A DNA stretch of 64,000 bases from Naegleria gruberi (Eukaryota), in assembly GCA_000004985.1 (NCBI GenBank), contig GG738847.1. The stretch is one strand, 5' to 3'. Positions 11,909-22,704 of this stretch are shown here, piece after piece. The position numbers were made by a program, and so were the translations under genes. Every line of letters begins with the position of its first letter. Positions within the stretch are counted from its first letter, which is position 1. Under the pieces are notes generated by a model. That model did no database searches, was not told where the DNA came from, and worked only from the letters and a program-made list of their open reading frames with translations.

Positions 11909-13598
11909 GGAGGATGAAAAATTAGCCTTGTTGAAGAAATTTGTTGAAGAAGAAGTAAATTATTATGAGTAGAAATAGAAGAAGGATAAAAAGACTTGGT
12001 CATTTCATTGGCCAACATGGAGTGAGCCGAATGACGCAATAAACGCAAACTTTTCATTTTTTTTCAATTTTACCTTTTATTGTGTGAATGAATACTAAAA
12101 TGGCCATTCAATTAGATGAGTTTAAAACACAATTATTGCCTTTATCATATTATTATATTGAAATTACAATGAAAGTTAATTAAATATGTAATTTTTCATG
12201 ATATTATCTTTCATTGTGAGAATGGATCCATAATTATAGATATTCAATACATTTAATACTTCCTATATTAAAATAAATAATAATAATGAAACAATAATAA
12301 TAAATTAAATTTTTAAATAAACATAGGATAGAGTTTGTATTAATAAAAGTTTATTTAATATTTTTAATTTTATATTTAATTGAATAACTTTTAATTAAAC
12401 TTAATTTTTGTTTATTAAAATTAATTACATAAACAATTTTCATAATACAATAAATTAAATACAATATTTTAAATTCAATTAATTTTTTTCCTTTTTCATA
12501 TAAAATTCAACCAAGAATATTTATTATAATGAATATAATTACCCTCTATTAATTTATAATTTAAATTATTTAAATAAATATCATTATTCTTTAAAGTACT
12601 ATTAATAATATTTAGTTTATTATCATTTAAACTACTAATAAGTATTTTTATAGGCATTAATATTTTACATTATTAATGTATTTTAAATAGACTTGTTGAT
12701 TATGATTTTATAAATAATTAGTTTAAATTTAATTATAAATGTTCGATAATATATTTTGTACAATTACAATTAGGTATTATCTGCTAATAATAAATCTATC
12801 CTGGATTCCATTAAGAATATTTAATTTTAATTAACATGTATTAATATTAGCATGTTTCAATTTGCAAAAATTTATGCCATTAAGTTTGCTCAAGAACTGA
12901 ATTCAGTGATCGGAACAGATATTACTAACCTTCTCAACTAAGTTTTATGAAGGAACGAAGCATTGTTGTTATGACAACTTTTACCATGAGCTGATTGTTG
13001 TATATGGTTTATTAACAAAAATACTTAGGCTAAGACGGTTACATTATTGTATTTCTACAACTGCGGTACATAACCAAAACTCAATAAATGTAGATGAACA
13101 CTACCATTGAGTAAATAGCTAGGTACGGTAGTTGCTAATACCATAGAATCATAGAATAATATAGTATACAGTACTATCAGTACTATACATCTCAATATAT
13201 GTCATCGTAACTATTTTCTGTTGAATTACACTTACGTTGATCACGGTTACAATGTATAATTGATTGATCGAACGGTACAAAGAATACAACAATATTTTCA
13301 TTGAGAATAGATTTTAATTCATACCTCATTATCTGAAGCACTTCTACATAGTACATGATGTTAATTAATTGGTGCCGAAGAGGAAACAACACAAGGATCA
13401 CCAACACCTCAAAATGAGAACAAAATTCTCCTGGTAATACTGACAACGGAGAGGAACCAGAAGATGACGAGGCAGGGTTTAGGCCATATATCCTAATCAT
13501 TAAATGAATCTATTGTACAACAAACATTAAATGATTGCGTGTAGACGATTTACCATTAATAGAAGTGCCACTTTATTATTTGAATCTGATTAGTGTAT

Positions 13599-13988
13599 NN
13601 NNNNNNNNNNNNNNNNNNNNNNNNNNNNNNNNNNNNNNNNNNNNNNNNNNNNNNNNNNNNNNNNNNNNNNNNNNNNNNNNNNNNNNNNNNNNNNNNNNNN
13701 NNNNNNNNNNNNNNNNNNNNNNNNNNNNNNNNNNNNNNNNNNNNNNNNNNNNNNNNNNNNNNNNNNNNNNNNNNNNNNNNNNNNNNNNNNNNNNNNNNNN
13801 NNNNNNNNNNNNNNNNNNNNNNNNNNNNNNNNNNNNNNNNNNNNNNNNNNNNNNNNNNNNNNNNNNNNNNNNNNNNNNNNNNNNNNNNNNNNNNNNNNNN
13901 NNNNNNNNNNNNNNNNNNNNNNNNNNNNNNNNNNNNNNNNNNNNNNNNNNNNNNNNNNNNNNNNNNNNNNNNNNNNNNNNNNNNNNNN
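13599..13988. other. Assembly gap, a run of 390 N.
   Basis: Literal n characters in the sequence. Confidence 1.
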
Positions 13989-14024
13989 ATTAATATGAAC
14001 AATTGCATGTAATGCCCATGCATC
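13989..14024 (+). repeat. A 36-bp segment identical to 8549-8584, inside the TTC38 coding exon, sitting directly after the gap.
   Basis: The same string attaatatgaacaattgcatgtaatgcccatgcatc occurs at both places. Confidence 0.85.
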
Positions 14025-14097
14025 TACATACGAAATATTCTGGAAGACAATTTATCATCGATACGTCATTACTAATATTATTGAAAAATATCAAAAG

Positions 14098-15823
14098 ATG
14101 AAAGACTATGGTGCTACTACCAGTGCAACTAACAATATTCCACTGAGTGAAATACTCAATGATTCGAAACATTACAATAGAGAGAAGAAGAAACAAACTT
14201 TGAAACTAATCAGAGGAATTAAATCAAATTCTGGACAGAAAAAACTAATTCCCTTCGTTGTACATAGGGCAGTGATGCAATCACTTTTGAATGCCTATGA
14301 TAAACATATATTGGAGGTATGATAAACATATATTGGAGGATGGTAGTGCTGCTGAGAGAACCTCTTCTATAAAGGAAAAACTATTTTTAAATTTACAACA
14401 AAATGTGGTGGATAAAGGATTCAAGTATTTGATGGAAAAACAAATTAATTCAGAAATGACTATAGCTCAAAATGTTTTCTTTGGAGGTTTGAAGACTACT
14501 TTTCAACATCATTCAAATGAAATTGTACTGAATTTTCTGATACATGTCTTGGGAGAGGAATATATGAGTAATATTAGTGTAAAGAAGAAATTTAATCCAA
14601 ATGTAATTGATTTGAAATTGGTTCTAAAGAAATTATTCAGAGGAATTTCCGAAGAGTTTCATTCTAAATTGTATTGGGATATGATGATAGAATTATCATT
14701 GCAGAAATTACCTGAATTAATTCCAAAGAAAGAATTTTCAAATGTTTTAAAGGGCTTATTCGAATCTAGAAAATTCAAAGCTCCAATATCTTGGATATCA
14801 ATTATGTATGCCAATTGTTATTATTATGAGGATGTAAATGAGCTAATGTATGAACTTTTGAATAGGAATGGAATTGATACTTTTGGACCATTGGCAATAA
14901 GTGAATATTTTACAGAATCCATTTCAAAAACATTTTCTTTATTGGCAGAATATCAGTTTTTCATCAAATATTTACAATTTTTGGGAAAATTCCTAGAAGG
15001 AGAGAAAATTAATGTACAAGTTACTGAAAATAGTTATTTTTATTCGTTAATGGGACGATTATCCAATGAAGAGAGTACTAATTTGAATGATTTTCTTGAT
15101 AATTTACCAATTCCATTATTAGAGATGATTAACTTGAAAAGTATGAACCAATTCCATGTCAATATACATAGAATATTGGAATATGTTAAAGGGAAAGGAA
15201 TTTTATATTCTCAATCAGCCATAGAGAATTATTTGGCAGGATTTTACCTCTATTCAACACAATACGGTCAAATAATTAAATTCTTAATTGACAATTATCA
15301 TACAGCAGATATTTATGAAATAGAAAAGAAGGTGAAATTCTACCCAAAACTTGTACAATATTTATCAAATATCTATAATAATGTGGCTGTATATGTTAAT
15401 GAGTTTGCCACTTTATTTCCATCAGATAAACCAATTGATTTGGACAAGCTTTCTGAATCGTGCAGTAGTAGTAGTAGTAGAAGTAGTATTAGTATTGGAG
15501 ATTTAATTTTAAAAAATTGGAAAAATCCAAAAGAATTTGTACAATTTTGTAAGAAACGTTTCATTCAGAATATTTTCTATTTACCAACAGTTTACCGTAT
15601 TCTGTCACAAGTACTCAAATATTACAATGATAATTTAGAGATTAAGAGAGCTATCTATGAAGCAGCCATGTTTAATGAAAATCTAAAGCTCTCTAATTAC
15701 GTTACCCAATTACTTGAGGAAGAACCTGAATTATTACAAGAAACCACACTTCAATTCAATAATTATCATCAAACAGATCCAAGGTTTGCCATTTCAGTCT
15801 ATCTATTTTGTAATGAGAAATAA
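14098..15823 (+). CDS. Hypothetical ~570-aa protein with codon usage atypical for the surrounding genome (frequent ctg/gag/aag/gtg). The reading frame is split by a 22-bp tandem duplication at 14296-14339.
   Basis: ORF 14098..14322 ends ...AYDKHILEV* and ORF 14291..15823 begins ...RYDKHILEDGS. Removing one 22-bp unit fuses them. No recognisable domain. Confidence 0.4.
14296..14339 (+). repeat. Perfect tandem duplication, 2 x 22 bp (tatgataaacatatattggagg). It is not a multiple of 3, so it shifts the frame.
   Basis: Read directly from the sequence. Confidence 0.9.
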
Positions 15824-16074
15824 TTATTTTTGTAAGCAATCCAGAGTTGGTAAAAAACCCATTTTTGAAACAAACGAGAATTTTCCATTTCTTCATATCT
15901 TTAGAGACCTCTATTGTTTCTTCCTTCTGACTTTTTGGATTAAATTCAATAGTTTTGAATATTGCTCTCCTTGATTTTGTTTGTGGTTTTATATCTAAAT
16001 TTACAATAATAATATCATACATATTTACAATTATTTTTCTGCAATATTTAAAGTGATTTGCTTTTCAGCCAAGT

Positions 16075-17778
16075 TTGCTAGAGTCAGTGGCTTTGACAAC
16101 AATAACCACCACACACAACAATAATAATACTAATACCAATACTAATAATAATATTAACAATAACAATATTAACAATAATACTCATTGTCTTCCCAATGAC
16201 ATGTTAATAATAATATTTCAATTTCTCAATCAACAAGATTTTATTATAATGTCACTTGTTTGTAAATATTGGAGATTTGTTGGTCAACAACCATTCCGAA
16301 AGGAATTTACAAATTACAAATTATACCCCTCTTATTCAATGATTACTCCAACATTTATTACCAATTCATTTGAATTTTTTAATTTCTTTTCTTCCATAAC
16401 ATGCTATTTATTTAATACAGTACCTAAATCAACATTTAAAACTATTTTACTCTCTCAGAAATTACAAAGTTTATTTGTAGATTCTTGTTGTTTGGTTAAA
16501 AATATAATACCATTCCATTCAATGATAAAAAAACATTCCTCCAATAATATCACTGAATTGGGATTAAATTATAAAATGAAAAAGAAAGATTTACGTGCTC
16601 TATTTCAAGTACTTCCAAATTTGAAACATTTAAGTTTAGGAATGGGAGCAACAGAATGTTTAATTAGTACAGAATCATTTCTTAGTACATGTTGTCATAA
16701 ATTAGAATCACTCCATTTACAATTATTACCTGAAAATCATAAAAATATTGTAAAATTATTAAATGGAATATTTAATCCATCACTTTCAACAACAACAACA
16801 ATATCCAATCTCATTGATATTAGAATATTTATAACAGAATCTTATTCAATTAATAGAAAATTAATTTTACATTTGATTTTAATTCATTTCCATATTTAAA
16901 ATATTTATTTCTTGATATTACCTATATTTATACATTAGAATCAATTAGTAATGTATTATTAAATTCAACTAATATTTCAAAATTAATAGAATTTGGATTT
17001 GGAACTGTTAGAAAATCTATTGAAAAATTACATTTTAAAAATAGTGAAAATTTAAAAAATTTAAAAAAATTATTTTTAAATAGAACAGAAATGATGACAA
17101 ATATAGATAATCTTCCTTCATTAGAATTATTATATATAGATGAACATGAAAAAAAACATTGTTCCACTAAAAATTATTCAAAACCATGGAATTTAGCATT
17201 NNNNNNNNNNNNNNNNNNNNNNNNNNNNNNNNNNNNNNNNNNNNNNNNNNATTTTTGTTTTGATCTTACCATAATTTAGATTTATCTGAATTGAGTCAAT
17301 TAAATTTAGAAATATTAATTCTTAGAATTCCTGTCGAAAATTATAGGATATTTCATCACATTTCTAAAATATTAACATTGAGAGAATTAACATTTCATTC
17401 TCATAATATTTATGCAACTGATTTGAAATTACTTTGTAAATTACCAAATTTAGAATATCTTTACATTAGATTGGAACATAAAAGTGAAACATCTTTTACT
17501 TTTAATTCACTAACTACACTTTCAATTTATTCAGATAATTTGAAACAATTAAATTTCTTTCAAATATCAAATTTACCAAAATTGAAAACTTTAATGGTTC
17601 GTAATAATCGGGATAATAACCATAAATGGTGGTTGCAACCATTATTTCCAAATTTACAAATACTTGTTGCCAACAATACAGGAACATTTTTAGCATCTCC
17701 ATATAATGATGGTATGAATTTTGGTGCGTGTGATATTTTGCAAAGAATAACAAATTATGAATATGTAGCCCACTTTCC
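16075..17778 (+). CDS. F-box/LRR protein (LPNDMLIIIFQFLNQQDFIIMSLVCKYWRFV, then LRR-like LxxLxL units). It probably has several exons and spans the 50-N gap. The exon structure is uncertain.
   Basis: ORFs 16075..16899 and 17291..17791 plus an intervening open frame carry LRR periodicity. The first ATG may lie within or upstream of 16075. Confidence 0.45.
17201..17250. other. Assembly gap, a run of 50 N.
   Basis: Literal n characters in the sequence. Confidence 1.
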
Positions 17779-17950
17779 AAAAAAATTTTGATACTATTAG
17801 GATGAAATAAATGTGAATATTTAAAAATTTTAATCATCATTATGATTCAATAATAATTGTAGTGTTAATAGTTAGTAATTAAATATCATTGATATTAAAA
17901 TATTAAATATTTACTTTATATTTTTAATTTAAATATAATTATAATAATAA

Positions 17951-20204
17951 TTATAAATTAAAATCATTATCATTTAAATGACAATGATTTGGAATGGTAA
18001 CATTTAAATTTGAATTGAATTGCATTGCTCTATGAATAGTTTCAAAAGCATTATCATTACCAGACCAACTTCTTCTAGCAATACCATTAGCAACATCCCA
18101 AAATAAAACATTTCTAGCTCTCTCATCTGATTGTTGTGATCCATCTAAAACTAAACCAAATCCACAATTAATTGCCAATCCAAAACCAGTACCACCACCA
18201 TTATGAAGAGCACACCATGTTGCACCCCGCATTGAATTACCTGTAAATGTATGAACTGCCATATCAGATGTAATATTACTACCATCATAAATATTTGATG
18301 TTTCTCTAAATGGTGAATCTGCACCTGATACATCATGATGATCTCTACTTAATGCAATTGACCCACTAATTTTACCTTCTCTAATTGCCTTATTAAATGC
18401 TAAGGCTATTTCAACTCTACCTTCTATATCTGAATATAATATTCTTGCTTGTGATCCAACTACTAACTTATTTTCCATTGCTTGTACTATCCATTTATAA
18501 TTATCTTGATATTGTAAATGTGATTTTTCACCAAGTGATGGATTTTTCATTAATCTTTCAATCACTTGAGCTGCTATTTTATCTGTTTCTTCTAAATCTT
18601 TTTCATTACCAGATAAACATACCCATCTTTTTAAATATTAAATTAAAATTAAATTAATAAAATTAAATTAAAAAATAATTAAAATATAAAATATAAATTT
18701 AAAAAATAAAAAAAATAAAACAAACCTAAAAGGACCAAAACCCAATGAAAATATATCACCCATAATATCTTGTACATAGGAAGGATATTTAAAATTACCA
18801 TCTTGATTACAAATATCAGCACCTGCTCTATTAGCTTCATATAAAAAACAATTACCATAATCCCAAAATTTCATTCCCTTTTCAACTAATTTGTTAATAG
18901 CATTAACTTGTCTTTTTAAACTTTCTGATACTTTTAATTTAAATTCATTTGGATTATCTTTCATTAATTGATTTGATTCTTCAAATGTTAAACCAACTGG
19001 ATAATATCCACCTTGATATGGATTATGAAGTGATGTTTGATCACTTCCTAATTCAACAAGTAATTCATCTTCATTAGCTAATCTTTCCCATAATTCAACT
19101 ATATTTCCTAAATATCCAATTGATGTTACTTGTTTTAATAAACGTGCTTGTTTAATTCTTTCAATACATTTTTCTAAATCATTACCAACACTTTCTAATA
19201 ACCATCCTTGTTCATATCTCTTTTTTAATGCTAATTCATTCACTTCTGCTACTACTGTTATACATCCACTAATCACTCCTGCTTTAGGTTGTGCTCCTGA
19301 CATTCCACCAAGTCCTTTTTTAAATTTAAATTTAATTAAAATTAATTAAAATATTAAATAAAAATATTAATTAAAATATTAATAAAAAAAATAAAAACCT
19401 ACCAGATGTAATAAAAACCTTTCCACTTAAATCATTTAAATTTAAATATTTTCTACCTGCATTTAAAACAACAAGAGTAGTACCATGTACAATACCTTGT
19501 GGACCAATATAACAATAACTACCAGCAGTCATTTGACCATAAATAGTATTACCTAAAGCATATAATCTTTCATAATCATCACGTGATGAATAATTAGGTA
19601 CAACTAATCCATTTGTAATAATACAACGTGGATTTTCAGGACAACTTGGAAATAAACCCATTGGATGACCACTATACATTGTAAGTGTTTGATTTTCATT
19701 CATTTCACTTAAATATTTCATGGTTAATAAAAATTGTGCCCAATTTGAAAAAACACTTCCATTTCCACCATATGTTACTAATTCATGTGGATATTGTGCA
19801 ATTTTAACATCTAAATTATTACAAATCATTAACATGATTGCACAAGCTTGTTCACAATTATTCTTATTTGTATAATCTGATAATGAATAGGCTTTCATTT
19901 CTAAAAAACGTGATGGTCTAAATCTATACATATAAATATGACCAAATGTTTTTAATTCATAGGCAAATTCATTGGCCAATTCTCTATGAAAATGTTGAGG
20001 AAAATAACGAAGTGCATTTTTAATGGCCAATTGTTGATCTTGTTTGGAGGGAAGAATTAGATTTATATTTTTAATAGGTGCATGAGGTACAGTAGAATCT
20101 CTCATTTCACTATAATTGAGTGCAGGTGGTAAAATAGTTTGTGGAATGCCCTGACAAAAATATTTACTAATTAATTCTTTAGTTGTTAATTGTTGTTCCA
20201 TCAT
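17951..20204 (-). CDS. Urocanate hydratase (urocanase). Three exons lie at about 19402-20204, 18726-19314 and 17951-18626, with introns of about 87 and 99 nt.
   Basis: Strong matches to the urocanase signatures YGGNGSVFSNWAQFLL, ITSGLGGMSGAQ (across intron 1), SLGFGPFRWVC (across intron 2) and WCALHNGGGTGFG. The introns start with GTAGGT and GTTTGT. Confidence 0.9.
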
Positions 20205-20788
20205 TTAAAGTTAATAATAATTAAATATATTACTACGAATAGAATTGTTGTTATTTAATGATTGATAATAATAATAATAATAATAGATTATAGATTGTTA
20301 TTGTTGTGATGATAATAACGGAGAGAATGATGAGAGATTTTTTTTTAAAAACCAAGACGGAGTTTTAAGCAACGGAATGATTCTTGTTGTAAACTAGAGA
20401 CCAGTTGCATTTGTGGTGTAGTTGAAAATTTTGATTGGTTAATTAATAATCATTTCAATATAATTGATTTTCAATTTGAATGGTTGAACATTAATAAGAA
20501 TGATTCTATTTAATAGTAAGTCTTAATGAACATATCTCAGTTAATTATACGTCTCACTCCAAGGAAATGGTAAAATTAGTACTCTGGATTATGCGGATTA
20601 AGAAATATCCCACTTCCAGATACTCATAACCTCAAGAATTATGAAAAATATGTGACCAAATTCATTGAGATTCAAATTCTTATTATCATCAATGTTAGTA
20701 TTAAAATTTTCATGTTTATTGTTAAATTAATAAATAATACAATTTATTATTAGAATAAAAATACAATCATTTTCTCTATTGAATAAAA

Positions 20789-21808
20789 TTATTGTTTAAG
20801 AGCAGCTTCAAGACCAGCAACAGTTCTAATTTGAACCCAATCACTCAAATCACCACCATAAACATGGGTACCACTTTGAATTTCACCTGATTTGAATTTT
20901 TGTTGCATAGCCTTGAATGAAACTGGACCTTGAGTTTCAACATTACTATCAACATAGAACCATTCACAATCAAATTGTTTTGGAATACTCAATGATGATG
21001 ATGATGATACATTAGGTGAAACCATAACACTTGCACTTCTAGACTTGCTTTGAGATGAAGTTGGTTGAATATGTGCGCTACTATTAGCAGTGCTGGAGGA
21101 TGAACTACTTTGAACAGGTGAAACAATTAAAGTGGAAGAATGATTCTTCAATTCTAACATTGTTTGAGACAATGCTGAATTCCATTCAATTAAATTTGCA
21201 CAAAGTTGTTGTATAGCAGGTTCATAAACAGATTGTTCCTTTTCCAAAATTTCTAAAATATGTTGTTTACACATAATATTAACTTCTTCCCATTTTTCTT
21301 TAAAAGTATTCATCTTCTCTTTAGCCTTTGGTAATTCAAGTGGATTCTTTGATTGTTTTTCAGTTAACTTTTCAACTTGTTGTCTATAATAATCATATTG
21401 AAGTGTTAAATCTTTTCTTTCTTTAAAAATCTTTTTAACAGGTTCGAATAAAACAAAATATTCGTTAGCAGGATTAACAACGGTTTGTGTTACATTGGAT
21501 TGGAATGGAAGAACACAATTAGTTTCAACAGATTTGGATACCTTTTCCAAGACCATACCTGCTTGTTCAATTCTAGCTGATCCTTGAGTATTAACATCAC
21601 GGAAATCTTCTGCTAAAAAGGCCAATGTTGTTGAAAAGGCATGGAAATTTTCAATCAATTGATTAGAATGTTTAACAAAATTTTCACAAGCCTTTTCTGC
21701 TGATTTAAACTTGTTAGAGAGAATGGAAAATTCTTCATCTTCAGTTTGTTCAGCTTTACCAAGTTTTGTTTTAATTGTTTGTGTACCAATAACCCAAAGT
21801 TTCTTCAT
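20789..21808 (-). CDS. BAR-domain-like N-terminus plus a C-terminal GYF domain protein (EWFYVDSNVETQGPVSFKAMQQKFKSGEIQSGTHVYGGDLSDWVQI).
   Basis: 339-aa ORF. The GYF signature W-Y-x-D-x-x-G-x-x-QGP-F is present. The N-terminus is coiled-coil/BAR-like. Confidence 0.55.
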   Translation of the reverse strand: MKKLWVIGTQTIKTKLGKAEQTEDEEFSILSNKFKSAEKACENFVKHSNQLIENFHAFSTTLAFLAEDFRDVNTQGSARIEQAGMVLEKVSKSVETNCVLPFQSNVTQTVVNPANEYFVLFEPVKKIFKERKDLTLQYDYYRQQVEKLTEKQSKNPLELPKAKEKMNTFKEKWEEVNIMCKQHILEILEKEQSVYEPAIQQLCANLIEWNSALSQTMLELKNHSSTLIVSPVQSSSSSSTANSSAHIQPTSSQSKSRSASVMVSPNVSSSSSLSIPKQFDCEWFYVDSNVETQGPVSFKAMQQKFKSGEIQSGTHVYGGDLSDWVQIRTVAGLEAALKQ

Positions 21809-22100
21809 CTATATTTTAAATATATTATAAATATTTGGAAGTATTATAGTAGTGAAGATGAATATTTAATAATATCATTTGACAATAATTAGTACCAAGG
21901 ATTAATCATTGATGATGATTTTGTTATTGTTGTTAAAATATTATTCGTAGAAGAGTATAATGAATTATCATTGATCGTCATCATGTAGAGAGCAAATGAT
22001 GATGAATGAATAATAAAACAATTAGCCTAAAATTTTCTTAGCAAGCTTGAGTACTAACCTTTAATTGTTATGTGTTTGAATATTTTTTAAAAATAAATAA

Positions 22101-22266
22101 ACACTGTCTTGCTACGTACTTATTGGAGGTCACAATCTCTGCGCCTCACAGTAACTTTGAAAGGCTTGTGTCGCTCGTCATCCATTGAAGTACGAACTTG
22201 GATTCTAATTAGAAACGCAACAAAGGAATATTCATGTACTGTGGTGAGGGACTTTTTGTACAGTGT
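22101..22266 (+). ncRNA. Candidate structured ncRNA, or a conserved promoter module. It is a ~165-nt GC-richer island with terminal complementarity (acactgt...acagtgt) and an internal long-range stem (cctcacagta / tactgtggtgagg). It has a U-run after GGGAC (GGGACUUUUUG, Sm-site-like) and the palindrome TCTAATTAGA at 22204-22213.
   Basis: Sharp compositional contrast with the flanking intergenic DNA, which is ~85% AT. The stems were seen by eye. The strand is not established. Confidence 0.25.
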
Positions 22267-22704
22267 TAAATTAGTATGAGATGATTGTTTATTTCTAAGA
22301 ATGAAATAGAAGATAAGGAATAAATGTATTAAACAATTGAGGATGTATTGATGGGTTATTAATATAATATATTACTCATTCCTTTTCAATACTATTTAAT
22401 ACTCTTTATTGTTATCATTACAATGATATTAACAGTAGTTGCAAAAATCTTGATCATTCTAATTAAATTTTAAATTGCAAGAAATATGTATAATGTATTT
22501 CTAATTTTTAGATAAATATTACTAGCAGTAATCCTTACTAAAATTGAAATTGTAATTTTTTACTTTCTTGTTACAACAATCAACCTTTAAATATCATTTT
22601 AAATTTCCAAATATATAAATTTTAATATTTTGATAACCAATTAGATGCAATCATGCAAAACACATTTCCCGCCATTTTTTGTACAATTTATTCAAAGTAA
22701 AAAA

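Noticed and set aside
20205-20790. A search for the Dictyostelium ncRNA upstream element DUSE ([AT]CCCA[CT]AA) near the GC-richer islands, and the Sm-like AAUUUUGA at about 20420.
   Set aside because: No DUSE-like match was found within about 100 bp upstream of either island. The 20420 motif has no adjacent structure. This leaves the ncRNA interpretation of the islands unproven.
21990-22010. Possible box C/D snoRNA because of TGATGA at about 21997.
   Set aside because: There is no CUGA D box or terminal stem within 60-120 nt. The motif sits in an A/T-rich context and is likely chance.
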